A stretch of 64,000 nucleotides of DNA from a virus, in IMG/VR virus record IMGVR_UViG_3300016466_000859, positions 32,001 through 96,000 of that record; one strand, 5' to 3'. This document shows, piece by piece, positions 46,544 through 55,298 of the stretch. The translations under genes and the position numbers were made by a program. The stretch's first letter is position 1, and every line of letters starts with the position of its first letter. Under the pieces are notes generated by a model, which did no database searches, was not told the origin of the DNA, and saw nothing but the letters and a program-made list of their open reading frames with translations.

Positions 46544-46811
46544 CGGCTTTGAGCAAGACCACTGTGAATTTGTCGGTCTTGAACAGGGTGTTGAGTTTTT
46601 TGGCCAGGTTAATGGCATGTCCGGGATTAGAGAACGAAACCTTTTTGTATTTGGGCCCCGGATAAGAAACTAATATGTTGTGAGTTTTTAAATTAATGGG
46701 TTTTCCGTCAAAAAACACCGCCCAGATTCCTTCACTACTGAGTACCTGATCACTCTTGTAGGAAGATTTATTGACATGTTCAATGATAACGGTAGGCTTT
46801 GGTCTAGACAT
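46524..46811 (-). CDS. Hypothetical protein
   Basis: MSRPKP...SFSNPGHA..LAKKLN; upstream TAAATA at 46831. Confidence 0.65.
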   Translation of the reverse strand: MSRPKPTVIIEHVNKSSYKSDQVLSSEGIWAVFFDGKPINLKTHNILVSYPGPKYKKVSFSNPGHAINLAKKLNTLFKTDKFTVVLLKAGDQIYP

Positions 46812-46855
46812 ATTCAGTTCTCGTGTCTTTTATTTATCATCAATAAGTATGTAGA

Positions 46856-47077
46856 TTAAAACTTACCACCGTCCATTTCAACGTTGATCCGAGAATCCTC
46901 AACCTTTACCTGAAGTTGAGAAGTTAACTCACTGACAAGAGACAGCAAGGCAAAGATATCCGCATGTAGATTTCTAGCATCTGCGGCAGAAAGATTGAGA
47001 TCTTTGTGCCCGGTTTGGTTCATGACCTTGACACGGTCATTGAAAGATTTTATGTGTAGTCCAGGATTATTGTTCAT
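46856..47077 (-). CDS. Hypothetical protein
   Basis: 73-aa ORF overlapping the upstream gene. Confidence 0.55.
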   Translation of the reverse strand: MNNNPGLHIKSFNDRVKVMNQTGHKDLNLSAADARNLHADIFALLSLVSELTSQLQVKVEDSRINVEMDGGKF

Positions 47078-47546
47078 TTTTTTGTTCCTCTAAGGCTTGC
47101 CGCATGCTATCATGATCTTGAAAGGGCCCGAGATACTCGTAGCGGTTTAGTGTGATCAGTTTGGGGCTAAATTCCTGTATCCAGTTGTCGCCATGTTTTA
47201 TGAGATAGTACCCAGCACAATAATAACTTTTGCTTTTTTCATTGAGACTGTAAATTGGCAGTTGGCGTTGCAGATTGAATATTCCTTTGTATGGCACATG
47301 CCGGCATGGAAATCCATATAGCTCTTTGAGCTTGGGTTTTTTGAGATCTTTGGTTGCTTTTGATAGTTTGATATTGTACTGTCGCTTGATGGCGATCATA
47401 CTGGGAAAATACTGCCGGGCCTGATTTTTAACAAATGCAAATCCGCCATCCTCCTTGGCCTGGATGGTGGCTACAGGTTTTCCTTCCTGCTCAACTACCC
47501 AAAATTTGTTTTTGACTACTGGAGTCGCAATCAATTGATCACTCAT
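47067..47546 (-). CDS. Hypothetical protein
   Basis: 159 aa; ATGA overlap with the exonuclease stop. Confidence 0.6.
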   Translation of the reverse strand: MSDQLIATPVVKNKFWVVEQEGKPVATIQAKEDGGFAFVKNQARQYFPSMIAIKRQYNIKLSKATKDLKKPKLKELYGFPCRHVPYKGIFNLQRQLPIYSLNEKSKSYYCAGYYLIKHGDNWIQEFSPKLITLNRYEYLGPFQDHDSMRQALEEQKNEQ

Positions 47547-48532
47547 GGTTGATATTCCGCTGATAAGAAATCCACATACTGTTGTACATTGTCACTGATG
47601 CGATTGAGTTCATATTTTCCGCAGAACTTCAAGAATTTGGTACCTACCTGCCCGACATTCTTACCCACAGAGTTTTCTGCGATAGTCTCTGCGATTTTGA
47701 TCTTGATGTCGTTGGGCTGTGCAGTGAGATCTACTAGTGTGCGATTTCTCTCGTAATCGTCCAGAACTCGATGCTCATCACCGTTGTGATCGGTCCATCG
47801 TTGAAGCATGAGGTTGTTCCAGTTAAACCCTTTCTTGCCACGATCTTCGTAGGCCTCTTGAAGACCCACTTTGTTTTTGCTGCCTTTGGTCCTGACACCG
47901 GGATAGGCAGAAAACACATTGTCAGTGGGATCACCGCGCATGCATTTTTCAAACAAGATCCACTGGGGGTCGGGTATCTTTTTGGGCTCCTTGGTCTTTT
48001 TATCGATCACAGGCTTGCCCTTCTTGTCAAAGATACCTTCAATGGTGTGTAGCTCGTCGGCGATGCCGTTGTACTGATTGACATTGGCGGCCAGTAATTG
48101 ATGGAAGTCAGTGTCACTGCTGACGATGGTATGGTGATCGTCGGGGTGGCTCTGTATCCATCCTGCGATCAGGTCATCGGCTTCGAGTTCGGGATGCCGC
48201 AATACCGTGCAGTTGGTCTTTTCGTACAGGAAGGTCTTGAGCTCGTCGAAGGCTTCCCAAAAAAGACGATCTTCTTCTTGTTCGCTTTCGGTGAGCGCGG
48301 CCCTGGCCACGGCACGATTCTTTTTGTAAGGCTCGTAGAAGTCCTTGCGCCAACTGCGCCCTTCTAGGCAGAACACCACATGGTCGGCTCGTTGTTCTCT
48401 CCATGCTTTGGCCACGCTACTCAGCGTGACATGTACAGCGAAACCCAAACGGTCCCAGGTGTCCGATTGTCTATGGGCCGCGTGGCGTGCGCGGAAGAAA
48501 GTATTAGCGGTGTCTACGATCAGATATCTCAT
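47543..48532 (-). CDS. 5'-3' exonuclease / T4 RNase H (FEN-like)
   Basis: YLIVDTAN, EGRSWRK...YK.NR, EADDLIA, SSDTDF.QL, GDPTDNV...GV (H3TH). Start at 48532. Confidence 0.9.
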   Translation of the reverse strand: MRYLIVDTANTFFRARHAAHRQSDTWDRLGFAVHVTLSSVAKAWREQRADHVVFCLEGRSWRKDFYEPYKKNRAVARAALTESEQEEDRLFWEAFDELKTFLYEKTNCTVLRHPELEADDLIAGWIQSHPDDHHTIVSSDTDFHQLLAANVNQYNGIADELHTIEGIFDKKGKPVIDKKTKEPKKIPDPQWILFEKCMRGDPTDNVFSAYPGVRTKGSKNKVGLQEAYEDRGKKGFNWNNLMLQRWTDHNGDEHRVLDDYERNRTLVDLTAQPNDIKIKIAETIAENSVGKNVGQVGTKFLKFCGKYELNRISDNVQQYVDFLSAEYQP

Positions 48533-48549
48533 AGAGTAATAGTAGCAGT

Positions 48550-49266
48550 TTATAATAAACGTGTCAACTCTGGATATAACCGTTTGGCCCAAGCCGCATG
48601 CGCATCTGCACCAAAATGATAAGATCCTGTTTTAACAGTAGAGAATCCATTTTTGGTCAACCAATCGTGGTATGTTTCGGATCGTTCATATGGACCAATA
48701 AAACAACCTTCCCAATCTTTTTGTAGATGTATCAGGTTATCCTTGCAAGAGATATTATTGAATTGAGAATAGCAATTGAAAAACAGGTGCGGGATATCTA
48801 ACGTGTTGAGATCTTGATGTAGATTCCATATCTTTTCGTGCCATTCAATTTCTTTGTTTTCCCACTGTACTCGATCTTGATCAATCACCCATTTGCGATA
48901 TCGATCAAGCAGGGCCATTGGCACAGTATCATGTCCGCTTCCGTTTACTTGCCACCAACGATGGTCATAGAACCACTCTTCTCTTTCCCACGTAGTCCAT
49001 CCGATCACCACGGCCTGTGGTCTGTGGGTTTTCAGATATTCTCGAGTGGTCCTTAATATCCTGTCATTGCTGGCTGCAGATTCAGAGTCGTTATATCTAT
49101 TCCACCCCAATTCTTCGGCTAACTTTGTGCCCCAACACACAGCTTCGTTATCAGGATGTGGTTTTCTACCCATGTGCCAATATTGACTATCGTCTTCGGC
49201 GAAAGCATGAGAATTAACAGCTTCTGCTCCAGCGGCGTTGCTGTCTCCGTTGATGTAAAGTGTCAC
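48550..49266 (-). CDS. SGNH/GDSL-like fold protein
   Basis: INGDSNAAG, SAASND, HFGADAH; paralogous to 26585 and 27215. Confidence 0.6.
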   Translation of the reverse strand: MTLYINGDSNAAGAEAVNSHAFAEDDSQYWHMGRKPHPDNEAVCWGTKLAEELGWNRYNDSESAASNDRILRTTREYLKTHRPQAVVIGWTTWEREEWFYDHRWWQVNGSGHDTVPMALLDRYRKWVIDQDRVQWENKEIEWHEKIWNLHQDLNTLDIPHLFFNCYSQFNNISCKDNLIHLQKDWEGCFIGPYERSETYHDWLTKNGFSTVKTGSYHFGADAHAAWAKRLYPELTRLL

Positions 49267-49649
49267 GACACTGATTTTTTTCCGCCGCCGAGATCTTGTG
49301 TATCGCTTCTACGAGTGGTGGCATAGTTGGCCTCCCACTGCTCGTAGTTTTCTTGTACAACATTACGGCAAACATCTTGGAACCAACGATCTACGATCAC
49401 CGATTCGTCTTCGTTGGGCTTGCGTTGATACCCTGCTCGTACAAGATTAGTGATAAACTTATCGTTCCAGTCAAGTTCAAAGGCGCCGTTACCGATGTCA
49501 TTGGGATCAAGTTCCACTGACACTATAGAGATGTAAGGCTCTCCTTTTTCTGTGGCCAACTCTTTGGCAGTTTTCTTTGCTTTTTCAATTTTTTCTTTAG
49601 ATTCCGCAGATTTTGCGGATTTTTTCTTGAATCTATCAAACAGCCCCAT
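49263..49649 (-). CDS. Hypothetical protein
   Basis: 128-aa ORF overlapping its neighbours. Confidence 0.6.
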   Translation of the reverse strand: MGLFDRFKKKSAKSAESKEKIEKAKKTAKELATEKGEPYISIVSVELDPNDIGNGAFELDWNDKFITNLVRAGYQRKPNEDESVIVDRWFQDVCRNVVQENYEQWEANYATTRRSDTQDLGGGKKSVS

Positions 49650-49911
49650 TGTTGGGTCCTTTCAGCATTAAGATTAATCCTTCATCTCTGTGCAGCCATC
49701 GAGTCTCTACGATAGGTTCGCCAGGCCCGGTCCACGTGGCTTCGGCTCTTACTGCCAGACCCCAGATTCTGCGGTTAGTGCGATAACATCGACGTGGCCA
49801 TAAGCTCCAACGATATTCGAATCGCGCCCGGCGTTCAAAATCGTTCTGGTCAGCCAAGAGCCTTATGGCGCGATCTAGGGTGCTTTCTATGGCCCACATC
49901 AAGTACCCCAT
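49636..49911 (-). CDS. Hypothetical protein
   Basis: Probable ATG at 49911 overlapping the queE end; the track's upstream extension lies inside queE. Confidence 0.5.
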   Translation of the reverse strand: MGYLMWAIESTLDRAIRLLADQNDFERRARFEYRWSLWPRRCYRTNRRIWGLAVRAEATWTGPGEPIVETRWLHRDEGLILMLKGPNNGAV

Positions 49912-50792
49912 TCGTTGCGCCAGATATCGACTTGAAGTCGGGGACTGTATCGCCAACCTCTCTCCATGGCCAGTCTGGCCACTTCCTGTGTGTTTAAATT
50001 GTAGACCTGTGGGACGCCGCCGGCAGGCATGAGATATATGGGTCCACCAAAGCCGGCCTCTCGGTATTCTGTGACCGCTCGTTCGGCGTCCTCTACATCC
50101 TGGCGAGTAGCCACAACGAACTTGAGATAGGTGTAGCCCACCATCTCGTACTCTTTGACCACTTTGGGATTGATGGCCGTCTCCCAACTCTCTCCTGAGC
50201 AGGGCAGTTTGGGACTCACAGAGAAGGTGAGTCTGTCATAATCACGACCATGTCGAGTAAATTCTTCAAAGAAATAATCTCGAACCGCAGGATACAGTTC
50301 TTGGCTGCCATTGGTTTCAATGGTGACATCACGTAATCCTTTCTGTCGGAGAAGATCTAGTAGAGCGGGATACAGTTGCTGATAACCCAGAAATGGTTCA
50401 CCGCCGGTGATGATAAAATGCACTTGGTCGCTGAAGTCTTGATCCCACTTTCCTTGGGGCAATAGTGCGTGGATTTCGTCAGCGATGGCATCGACATCGG
50501 CCTGTTTATTGAATCTCTTGAACTCGGGGTAAATTGATGCATAGGTATCGCAACCTGTGGTCACAAGTGGCAAGTCTTTGAACTCTCGATATCGTTCAGG
50601 ATCCTGCTCTACCATCCTAATGATGTCTACTACTTCGGGATTATGACCTTCGATGTTCTCATCACGTGGCCGCCCAAATTTCCGGCAACGGAAGTTACAA
50701 CCGTATGTGCGAAAAAAGATACTGGGCACACCGGCCCATTTGCCTTCGCCTTGTAGGCTGTAGAAGATTTCAGTGTAAGTGATTTTTTCCAT
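49899..50792 (-). CDS. queE: 7-carboxy-7-deazaguanine synthase (radical SAM)
   Basis: EIFYSLQGEG, FFRTYGCNFRC...GCDT, ITGGEP, IETNG, SVSPKL, RYSPRLQ. Confidence 0.9.
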   Translation of the reverse strand: MEKITYTEIFYSLQGEGKWAGVPSIFFRTYGCNFRCRKFGRPRDENIEGHNPEVVDIIRMVEQDPERYREFKDLPLVTTGCDTYASIYPEFKRFNKQADVDAIADEIHALLPQGKWDQDFSDQVHFIITGGEPFLGYQQLYPALLDLLRQKGLRDVTIETNGSQELYPAVRDYFFEEFTRHGRDYDRLTFSVSPKLPCSGESWETAINPKVVKEYEMVGYTYLKFVVATRQDVEDAERAVTEYREAGFGGPIYLMPAGGVPQVYNLNTQEVARLAMERGWRYSPRLQVDIWRNEWGT

Positions 50793-51133
50793 CAATGATT
50801 CCTTTTGCCTTGGAACACACAATTGAACAACATATGACTATCTCCATCGTTTATGACTCTATGAAAGGCCCCATCGGGGATCAAGACCACATCACCGGGA
50901 CCCACGGCAAACGGCTCATCGGTTTCTTCGCCTAAGATCATGTGACCGCGTCCCTGTACAAAAAAGTATACTTCTTCCTGCCCTGCATGTCTATGACCAC
51001 GAGTTTGTTTTCCACGATACAGCCATGTAGAACTCAGCACGAGGTTATTGAGGTCTCGGTTGTCTTTGAGTCGATAAACCTCATTGTCTTTGACGACGTC
51101 GCCGCCGACGTCATGTATGTGATATTTCTTCAT
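50792..51133 (-). CDS. Cupin domain protein
   Basis: GHRH...EEVYFF..G.G, V.PGDVVLIP.GAFHRV.N. Confidence 0.85.
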   Translation of the reverse strand: MKKYHIHDVGGDVVKDNEVYRLKDNRDLNNLVLSSTWLYRGKQTRGHRHAGQEEVYFFVQGRGHMILGEETDEPFAVGPGDVVLIPDGAFHRVINDGDSHMLFNCVFQGKRNH

Positions 51134-51518
51134 CTAAATATCTCTTTAGTTCTTTGTCTGTGGGCTTGACAGTGTAGTTGTTTTTGAAAAAGATTTCATA
51201 TGAATCCGACCCGTATTTGCCGATGCCATACAACATTGTAGCATCTTGTTTGTCCCAAGTCAAATAGTCCCGACTCATGCCCATCAACCTTTGATAGCGC
51301 ACATTGACCATCCCCAAGGGCTTTAGGATGCTTTTGACAAACTCTTCGTCGGCATCCAACAATGCATGAGGATTAGGGAACCAAAACAGGAATTCGGGCA
51401 AAGTCATTTTGACTGGCTTTCTCCCTGTTTGGTTCAGCATGATCACTCCTACCATGTGTTCCCACTCGTTGCGTATCTGTTGTTGTACCATCAAATCATC
51501 GCGCAAAGGTTCGAACAT
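51111..51518 (-). CDS. HhH-GPD superfamily DNA glycosylase-like protein (MBD4-like)
   Basis: VIMLNQT, LKPLG, LYGIGKYGSDSYEIF helix-hairpin-helix. Confidence 0.7.
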   Translation of the reverse strand: MFEPLRDDLMVQQQIRNEWEHMVGVIMLNQTGRKPVKMTLPEFLFWFPNPHALLDADEEFVKSILKPLGMVNVRYQRLMGMSRDYLTWDKQDATMLYGIGKYGSDSYEIFFKNNYTVKPTDKELKRYLDEEISHT

Positions 51519-51520
51519 CG

Positions 51521-51895
51521 TTAATCCTTTTTTGATAGAAACGGTGTTAGATTGGGAGGAATCCATCCCTCGGGTTTGAGTACTTTGCCATCCTCGCGCT
51601 TGCGTACCTTACCGGTTTCGCTGTCGATTTTGGCAAAGTTGGTACGCATGACTTCGTTCCAGGCGGCTTCGGCGTCCATGCCGGCAGAATGTATGGCACC
51701 AATGGTGACGACCAGTATATCGATCAATGCGTCGAGTTGCTCAACAGCATCGGCATCTAGTAAGGCATTTATAAGCTCTTGGTGCTCTTCTTTGATCAAT
51801 TTGAGATACATGTTGTATTGATCGACATTCCAGCCTTTTACTGTTTGATCGCAGGCTCGCATGAACCGCTCTTGGTCTTGGAAAGGGTTGGTCAC
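51521..51895 (-). CDS. MazG-like/all-alpha NTP pyrophosphohydrolase
   Basis: LIKEEHQEL, EQLDALIDILVV, EV.RTNFAK, REDGKVLKP. Confidence 0.85.
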   Translation of the reverse strand: MTNPFQDQERFMRACDQTVKGWNVDQYNMYLKLIKEEHQELINALLDADAVEQLDALIDILVVTIGAIHSAGMDAEAAWNEVMRTNFAKIDSETGKVRKREDGKVLKPEGWIPPNLTPFLSKKD

Positions 51896-51898
51896 TGT

Positions 51899-52435
51899 TT
51901 ATCCTTCGTAAATTGCAGAATTACCAGCATGTTCAAATACTTCCACCGATCTCAATTTGACATCTTGGCCCACAGGGTAGCGTGGCTCGAATGTTTCAAT
52001 ATGGTCGTTGCCTTTCATTAGGCGATAAGGTTGACCGGTTTGGAAGCAATGCAAGATACGAGCCATCTCATGATAGGCCAGTTCTGCGAATTTTTCGCAG
52101 CCCACTGCATCTACCAGCCTGATGTCACAGATGCCGCCGCGATCTTGTAGACCCAATGCGGCCAAGTCTTGGAATTTTTGCAGATGAGGATCATCTCGCG
52201 CAATCACTAATGTGTGATCGAACATGTATTCCGACCACTCTTTGAAAGCCTTCAGTCCACCGAAGTCCATAACCCAATTGCGACTATCAAGGGTAGCAGA
52301 CTCAAATACAAGACGAATGCCAATGCTATAACCATGCAATAGGCTGCAATGACTGTGAGTGCTACGCCATTGACGGAAACAACATGAAAGGCCTCGGTCA
52401 TTGCCATAAGTTTTTGTTGATACATATTTTGCCAT
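51899..52435 (-). CDS. queD: 6-carboxy-5,6,7,8-tetrahydropterin synthase
   Basis: HSHCSLLHGY, WVMDFG, FDHTL, CEKFAE, VFEH; AGGAG RBS before ATG 52435. Confidence 0.88.
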   Translation of the reverse strand: MAKYVSTKTYGNDRGLSCCFRQWRSTHSHCSLLHGYSIGIRLVFESATLDSRNWVMDFGGLKAFKEWSEYMFDHTLVIARDDPHLQKFQDLAALGLQDRGGICDIRLVDAVGCEKFAELAYHEMARILHCFQTGQPYRLMKGNDHIETFEPRYPVGQDVKLRSVEVFEHAGNSAIYEG

Positions 52436-52442
52436 CTCTAGT

Positions 52443-52512
52443 CTCCTGTGTAAAATGAGCAAGTTTGATGGCATGCAGAATATTTAGAGTGGGATGAATG
52501 CCTGAGTCCACT
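52443..52512 (-). promoter_or_regulatory. Structured queD 5' leader: H-type pseudoknot plus ROSE-like SD hairpin (candidate cis-regulatory RNA)
   Basis: AGUGG/CCACU and GGCAU/AUGCC interleaved stems, then CUU-G-CU...AG-GAG; TAAATA upstream at 52531-52536. Confidence 0.4.
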
Positions 52513-52545
52513 GGGATCATAATAGACGTATATTTATCGTCTGTG

Positions 52546-53364
52546 CTAGTCCATGAAAAATCGCTGGTACCATGGCAGCATTTCGGTCTGATAATCTACT
52601 TCTATGTCCTTGAGTTGATTGTACACGATCTTTTTAGTAATATCAAGTCGTTCTTGTTTAGTTTTTGCTCCTAAAACCACCACTATGAAGTTGCGATTGT
52701 TTTTTTCCACCATGAGTGCCACACACCACCCCGCGGCTGACGTAAATCCGGTCTTAGAAATAACGATCTCGTCGAACTCAAACAGCAAAGGACGATTGGT
52801 ATTTTCCAGTTCGATGGTGCGAACACGCTGCCGAAGATTGATGTCAAACAGAACCTGTTTCTGCACCGAAGTCTCTACTATAAAAGGATACAAAGCCGCG
52901 GCCTTGATCAATTCTATCACTTCTCCTGCAGTGGCACGATTATTGGCACTTAGGCCCGACGCATCTTCGAATCGAGCGGTAGCCATGCCCAATTTCTTAG
53001 CTCGATGATTCATGGCTCGTATAAAAGCCTTCTCGCCACCAGGGAAATCAGCGGCCATGGCATCAGCGGCACGGTTGTCGCTCCTGATCAGCATGGCCCG
53101 CATGATGTCACGTCTTGTGTGCAGACCGGCTGGCAACTTTCCGCCAGGTTTGATTACAATATAACGATCTAAGTTGCGATCATGATCTAGAGCTATCATG
53201 GCTGTCATGATTTTGGTAATGCTGGCAATGCTCCTGGGTATGTTGGAGTTATTGCCCATTATTACCTCACCGCGTGTGGTGTCATATAAAATCACCGACG
53301 AATCGCGTGTCTGTGCTGACGCTGAACTAAAAACGACAAATAATAAAAATACAAAATATTTCAT
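52546..53364 (-). CDS. D-alanyl-D-alanine carboxypeptidase/endopeptidase (peptidase S11) with signal peptide
   Basis: SITK (SxxK), SDN (SxN), KTG; N-terminal signal peptide. Confidence 0.9.
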   Translation of the reverse strand: MKYFVFLLFVVFSSASAQTRDSSVILYDTTRGEVIMGNNSNIPRSIASITKIMTAMIALDHDRNLDRYIVIKPGGKLPAGLHTRRDIMRAMLIRSDNRAADAMAADFPGGEKAFIRAMNHRAKKLGMATARFEDASGLSANNRATAGEVIELIKAAALYPFIVETSVQKQVLFDINLRQRVRTIELENTNRPLLFEFDEIVISKTGFTSAAGWCVALMVEKNNRNFIVVVLGAKTKQERLDITKKIVYNQLKDIEVDYQTEMLPWYQRFFMD

Positions 53365-53753
53365 GGTTTCTGATAATCAGATTTTCGATAATTGGCTTGC
53401 CCGGGAATCACGCCACGCACACCACCCACCGGATCTTCTACATCGCCTTTTCTGCGAGGAATTAAATGTATGTGTGGATACATGACTGTCTGCCCAGCAG
53501 ATTCTCCCATGTTCATCCCGATATTAAATCCATCACATTCGTTTCGATCTACCATGATCTGCCCTTCTAGCCAGGCTTCATAGAGAGTACTCATCATTGA
53601 TACCGGATCTATGTTCTTTGGTACAAATAACAGATGTCCTTGGGTAACAGGATACCGATCGCGAAACACTATATAAGTCATGCCATCTCGAACCCAATCA
53701 TCCCAAGGAATGCGGCCTTGATTTTTAGCTAGATAATAATTGTCATGTAACAT
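53361..53753 (-). CDS. HIT family hydrolase
   Basis: YPVTQGHLLFVP, AGQTVMYPHIHLIPR. Confidence 0.9.
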   Translation of the reverse strand: MLHDNYYLAKNQGRIPWDDWVRDGMTYIVFRDRYPVTQGHLLFVPKNIDPVSMMSTLYEAWLEGQIMVDRNECDGFNIGMNMGESAGQTVMYPHIHLIPRRKGDVEDPVGGVRGVIPGQANYRKSDYQKP

Positions 53754-53755
53754 GT

Positions 53756-54280
53756 TTATATCCTAATGTGTTGTTTTTGGACAAATACCTCTTTTACTAG
53801 ATCGATTGATTCATGGAAGTGTATGCTAAACCATATCCTAGATTTGTCATTGAACACTCGGTGATATTGAGTGATGTTGATGATGGTTGGCAACATGTTT
53901 TTACCAGTGTAGTAAAAATCATTTTTATCATCGGGATCATAAACCACTCCCACAGCGTCATTTTTGTGTAACGGATATACTAGGCTAGCTTGCCCGTTTT
54001 TGATGCTGTCGCGATGTCGAGGTACATCGCGGCTGCTGTAACAGATAGTAGCAGGAGTGAATGTGAGCTCAGGCAATGCTGTATGGAATCGTTGTTGCAG
54101 GTCTTCGGTTTCTGGCAAACCACCCATGACAAAGAAATCTTCGCTGGGGCCACTCTTAGAGATCCAGCCGCCGCTGGGAATTTCTGCCACTACACTGGCA
54201 CCATTTTCGTATAACACATGATCACGATACTTGTTGGTTTTGATAAATTCTTCGGCTATGCCGGTGATTTTTTTAATCAT
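53756..54280 (-). CDS. Putative 2OG-Fe(II) dioxygenase-fold protein
   Basis: HRD (HxD)...YHRV...RIWFS pattern. Probable ATG at 54280. Confidence 0.5.
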   Translation of the reverse strand: MIKKITGIAEEFIKTNKYRDHVLYENGASVVAEIPSGGWISKSGPSEDFFVMGGLPETEDLQQRFHTALPELTFTPATICYSSRDVPRHRDSIKNGQASLVYPLHKNDAVGVVYDPDDKNDFYYTGKNMLPTIINITQYHRVFNDKSRIWFSIHFHESIDLVKEVFVQKQHIRI

Positions 54281-54330
54281 TGGCTCCCACTCGTAATCAA
54301 TGTAGATCGCAGGATGGAATCCCAACAGCA

Positions 54331-54912
54331 TCACACATGTTCCTCGTTGGGATTCCAGCGACACCACCATTCTTCCCAGGGAAACACGATCCATTGTGGA
54401 TCTTCGAACTTGTTAATGGTCTCAGCGGCATAGTTGGGATGCAATGTGCTTTCGCTGCTTTCGTTGTCATAGAGCACTGCTACACGCACGTTTTTGCCCC
54501 AGACCTCGGACCAACGTGGGTGGTTGGGCAAACATCCACTGGGCCAATCTTTTTTTATCCAATTCAGCGTGGCACCTGAATCATTGATGTCATCTACGAT
54601 CAAGATGTTTTTGGCGTGTAAGGAATAATCAAAATCGGCCAAGGTCTGTTCTTCCTTTGGTACATAACCAAATGCGTCTTCGGCCATCCAAAGATTGCTC
54701 TCACAATCTCCGTCCTCGCCGCCGTCGCGTAACTTTACCTTGAGAGTTTCCATGGGACGATCGAGATACTGGCTTATCAGATTGGCCGGAGTCAGTCCTC
54801 CTCGAGTGATACCAACCACATAATCGGGCACCCATTGATCCAACCACATTTGACGGATCAATTCTTGAACTTGTCGTTGGACATCGTTCCAACTCACATA
54901 GACTTTTTTCAT
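54331..54912 (-). CDS. Type I phosphoribosyltransferase (purine PRT-like)
   Basis: VVGITRGGL, ILIVDDINDSGATL, WIVFPWE. Confidence 0.88.
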   Translation of the reverse strand: MKKVYVSWNDVQRQVQELIRQMWLDQWVPDYVVGITRGGLTPANLISQYLDRPMETLKVKLRDGGEDGDCESNLWMAEDAFGYVPKEEQTLADFDYSLHAKNILIVDDINDSGATLNWIKKDWPSGCLPNHPRWSEVWGKNVRVAVLYDNESSESTLHPNYAAETINKFEDPQWIVFPWEEWWCRWNPNEEHV

Positions 54913-55298
54913 CGCTTCAATGTCTCCCAGACCTCGCGCTTTTCGTGTAATTCTTTTTCCTTTGCACGGTATTCATCGCCGATCTTGCGTAGTTCCTCAA
55001 ATTCTTTTTCAAGGTCAGGATCAAATTTAATCAAACTCAGTTGTCGACGAATTCCTTCTAGGATTTCCATGAGGCTGTGCTCACCGATCTCGATGTCGGC
55101 GTTTTCGCCCGTGAGTTTGATTTTCGCACCACCGTTGAGTGTGGTCAATGCTGTATCAGTGAAAGTCCATGGTCCCGAGGTACCGTCAGTGACGGTGACA
55201 GTGCCGGGATAAGGGGTAGCCGGCAAAGTCACTGACATGTTGCCGGCAGCGTCAGTGGTCCACACTGGCGGCAGCACGTTGTTGGAGGTATTGATCAT
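54909..55298 (-). CDS. Hypothetical protein
   Basis: 129 aa; C-terminal coiled coil. Confidence 0.55.
   Translation of the reverse strand: MINTSNNVLPPVWTTDAAGNMSVTLPATPYPGTVTVTDGTSGPWTFTDTALTTLNGGAKIKLTGENADIEIGEHSLMEILEGIRRQLSLIKFDPDLEKEFEELRKIGDEYRAKEKELHEKREVWETLKR

Noticed and set aside
49912-50187. N-terminal extension of the 49636 ORF in the track
   Set aside because: It overlaps queE on the same strand in another frame; the ATG at 49911 fits the overlap pattern better.
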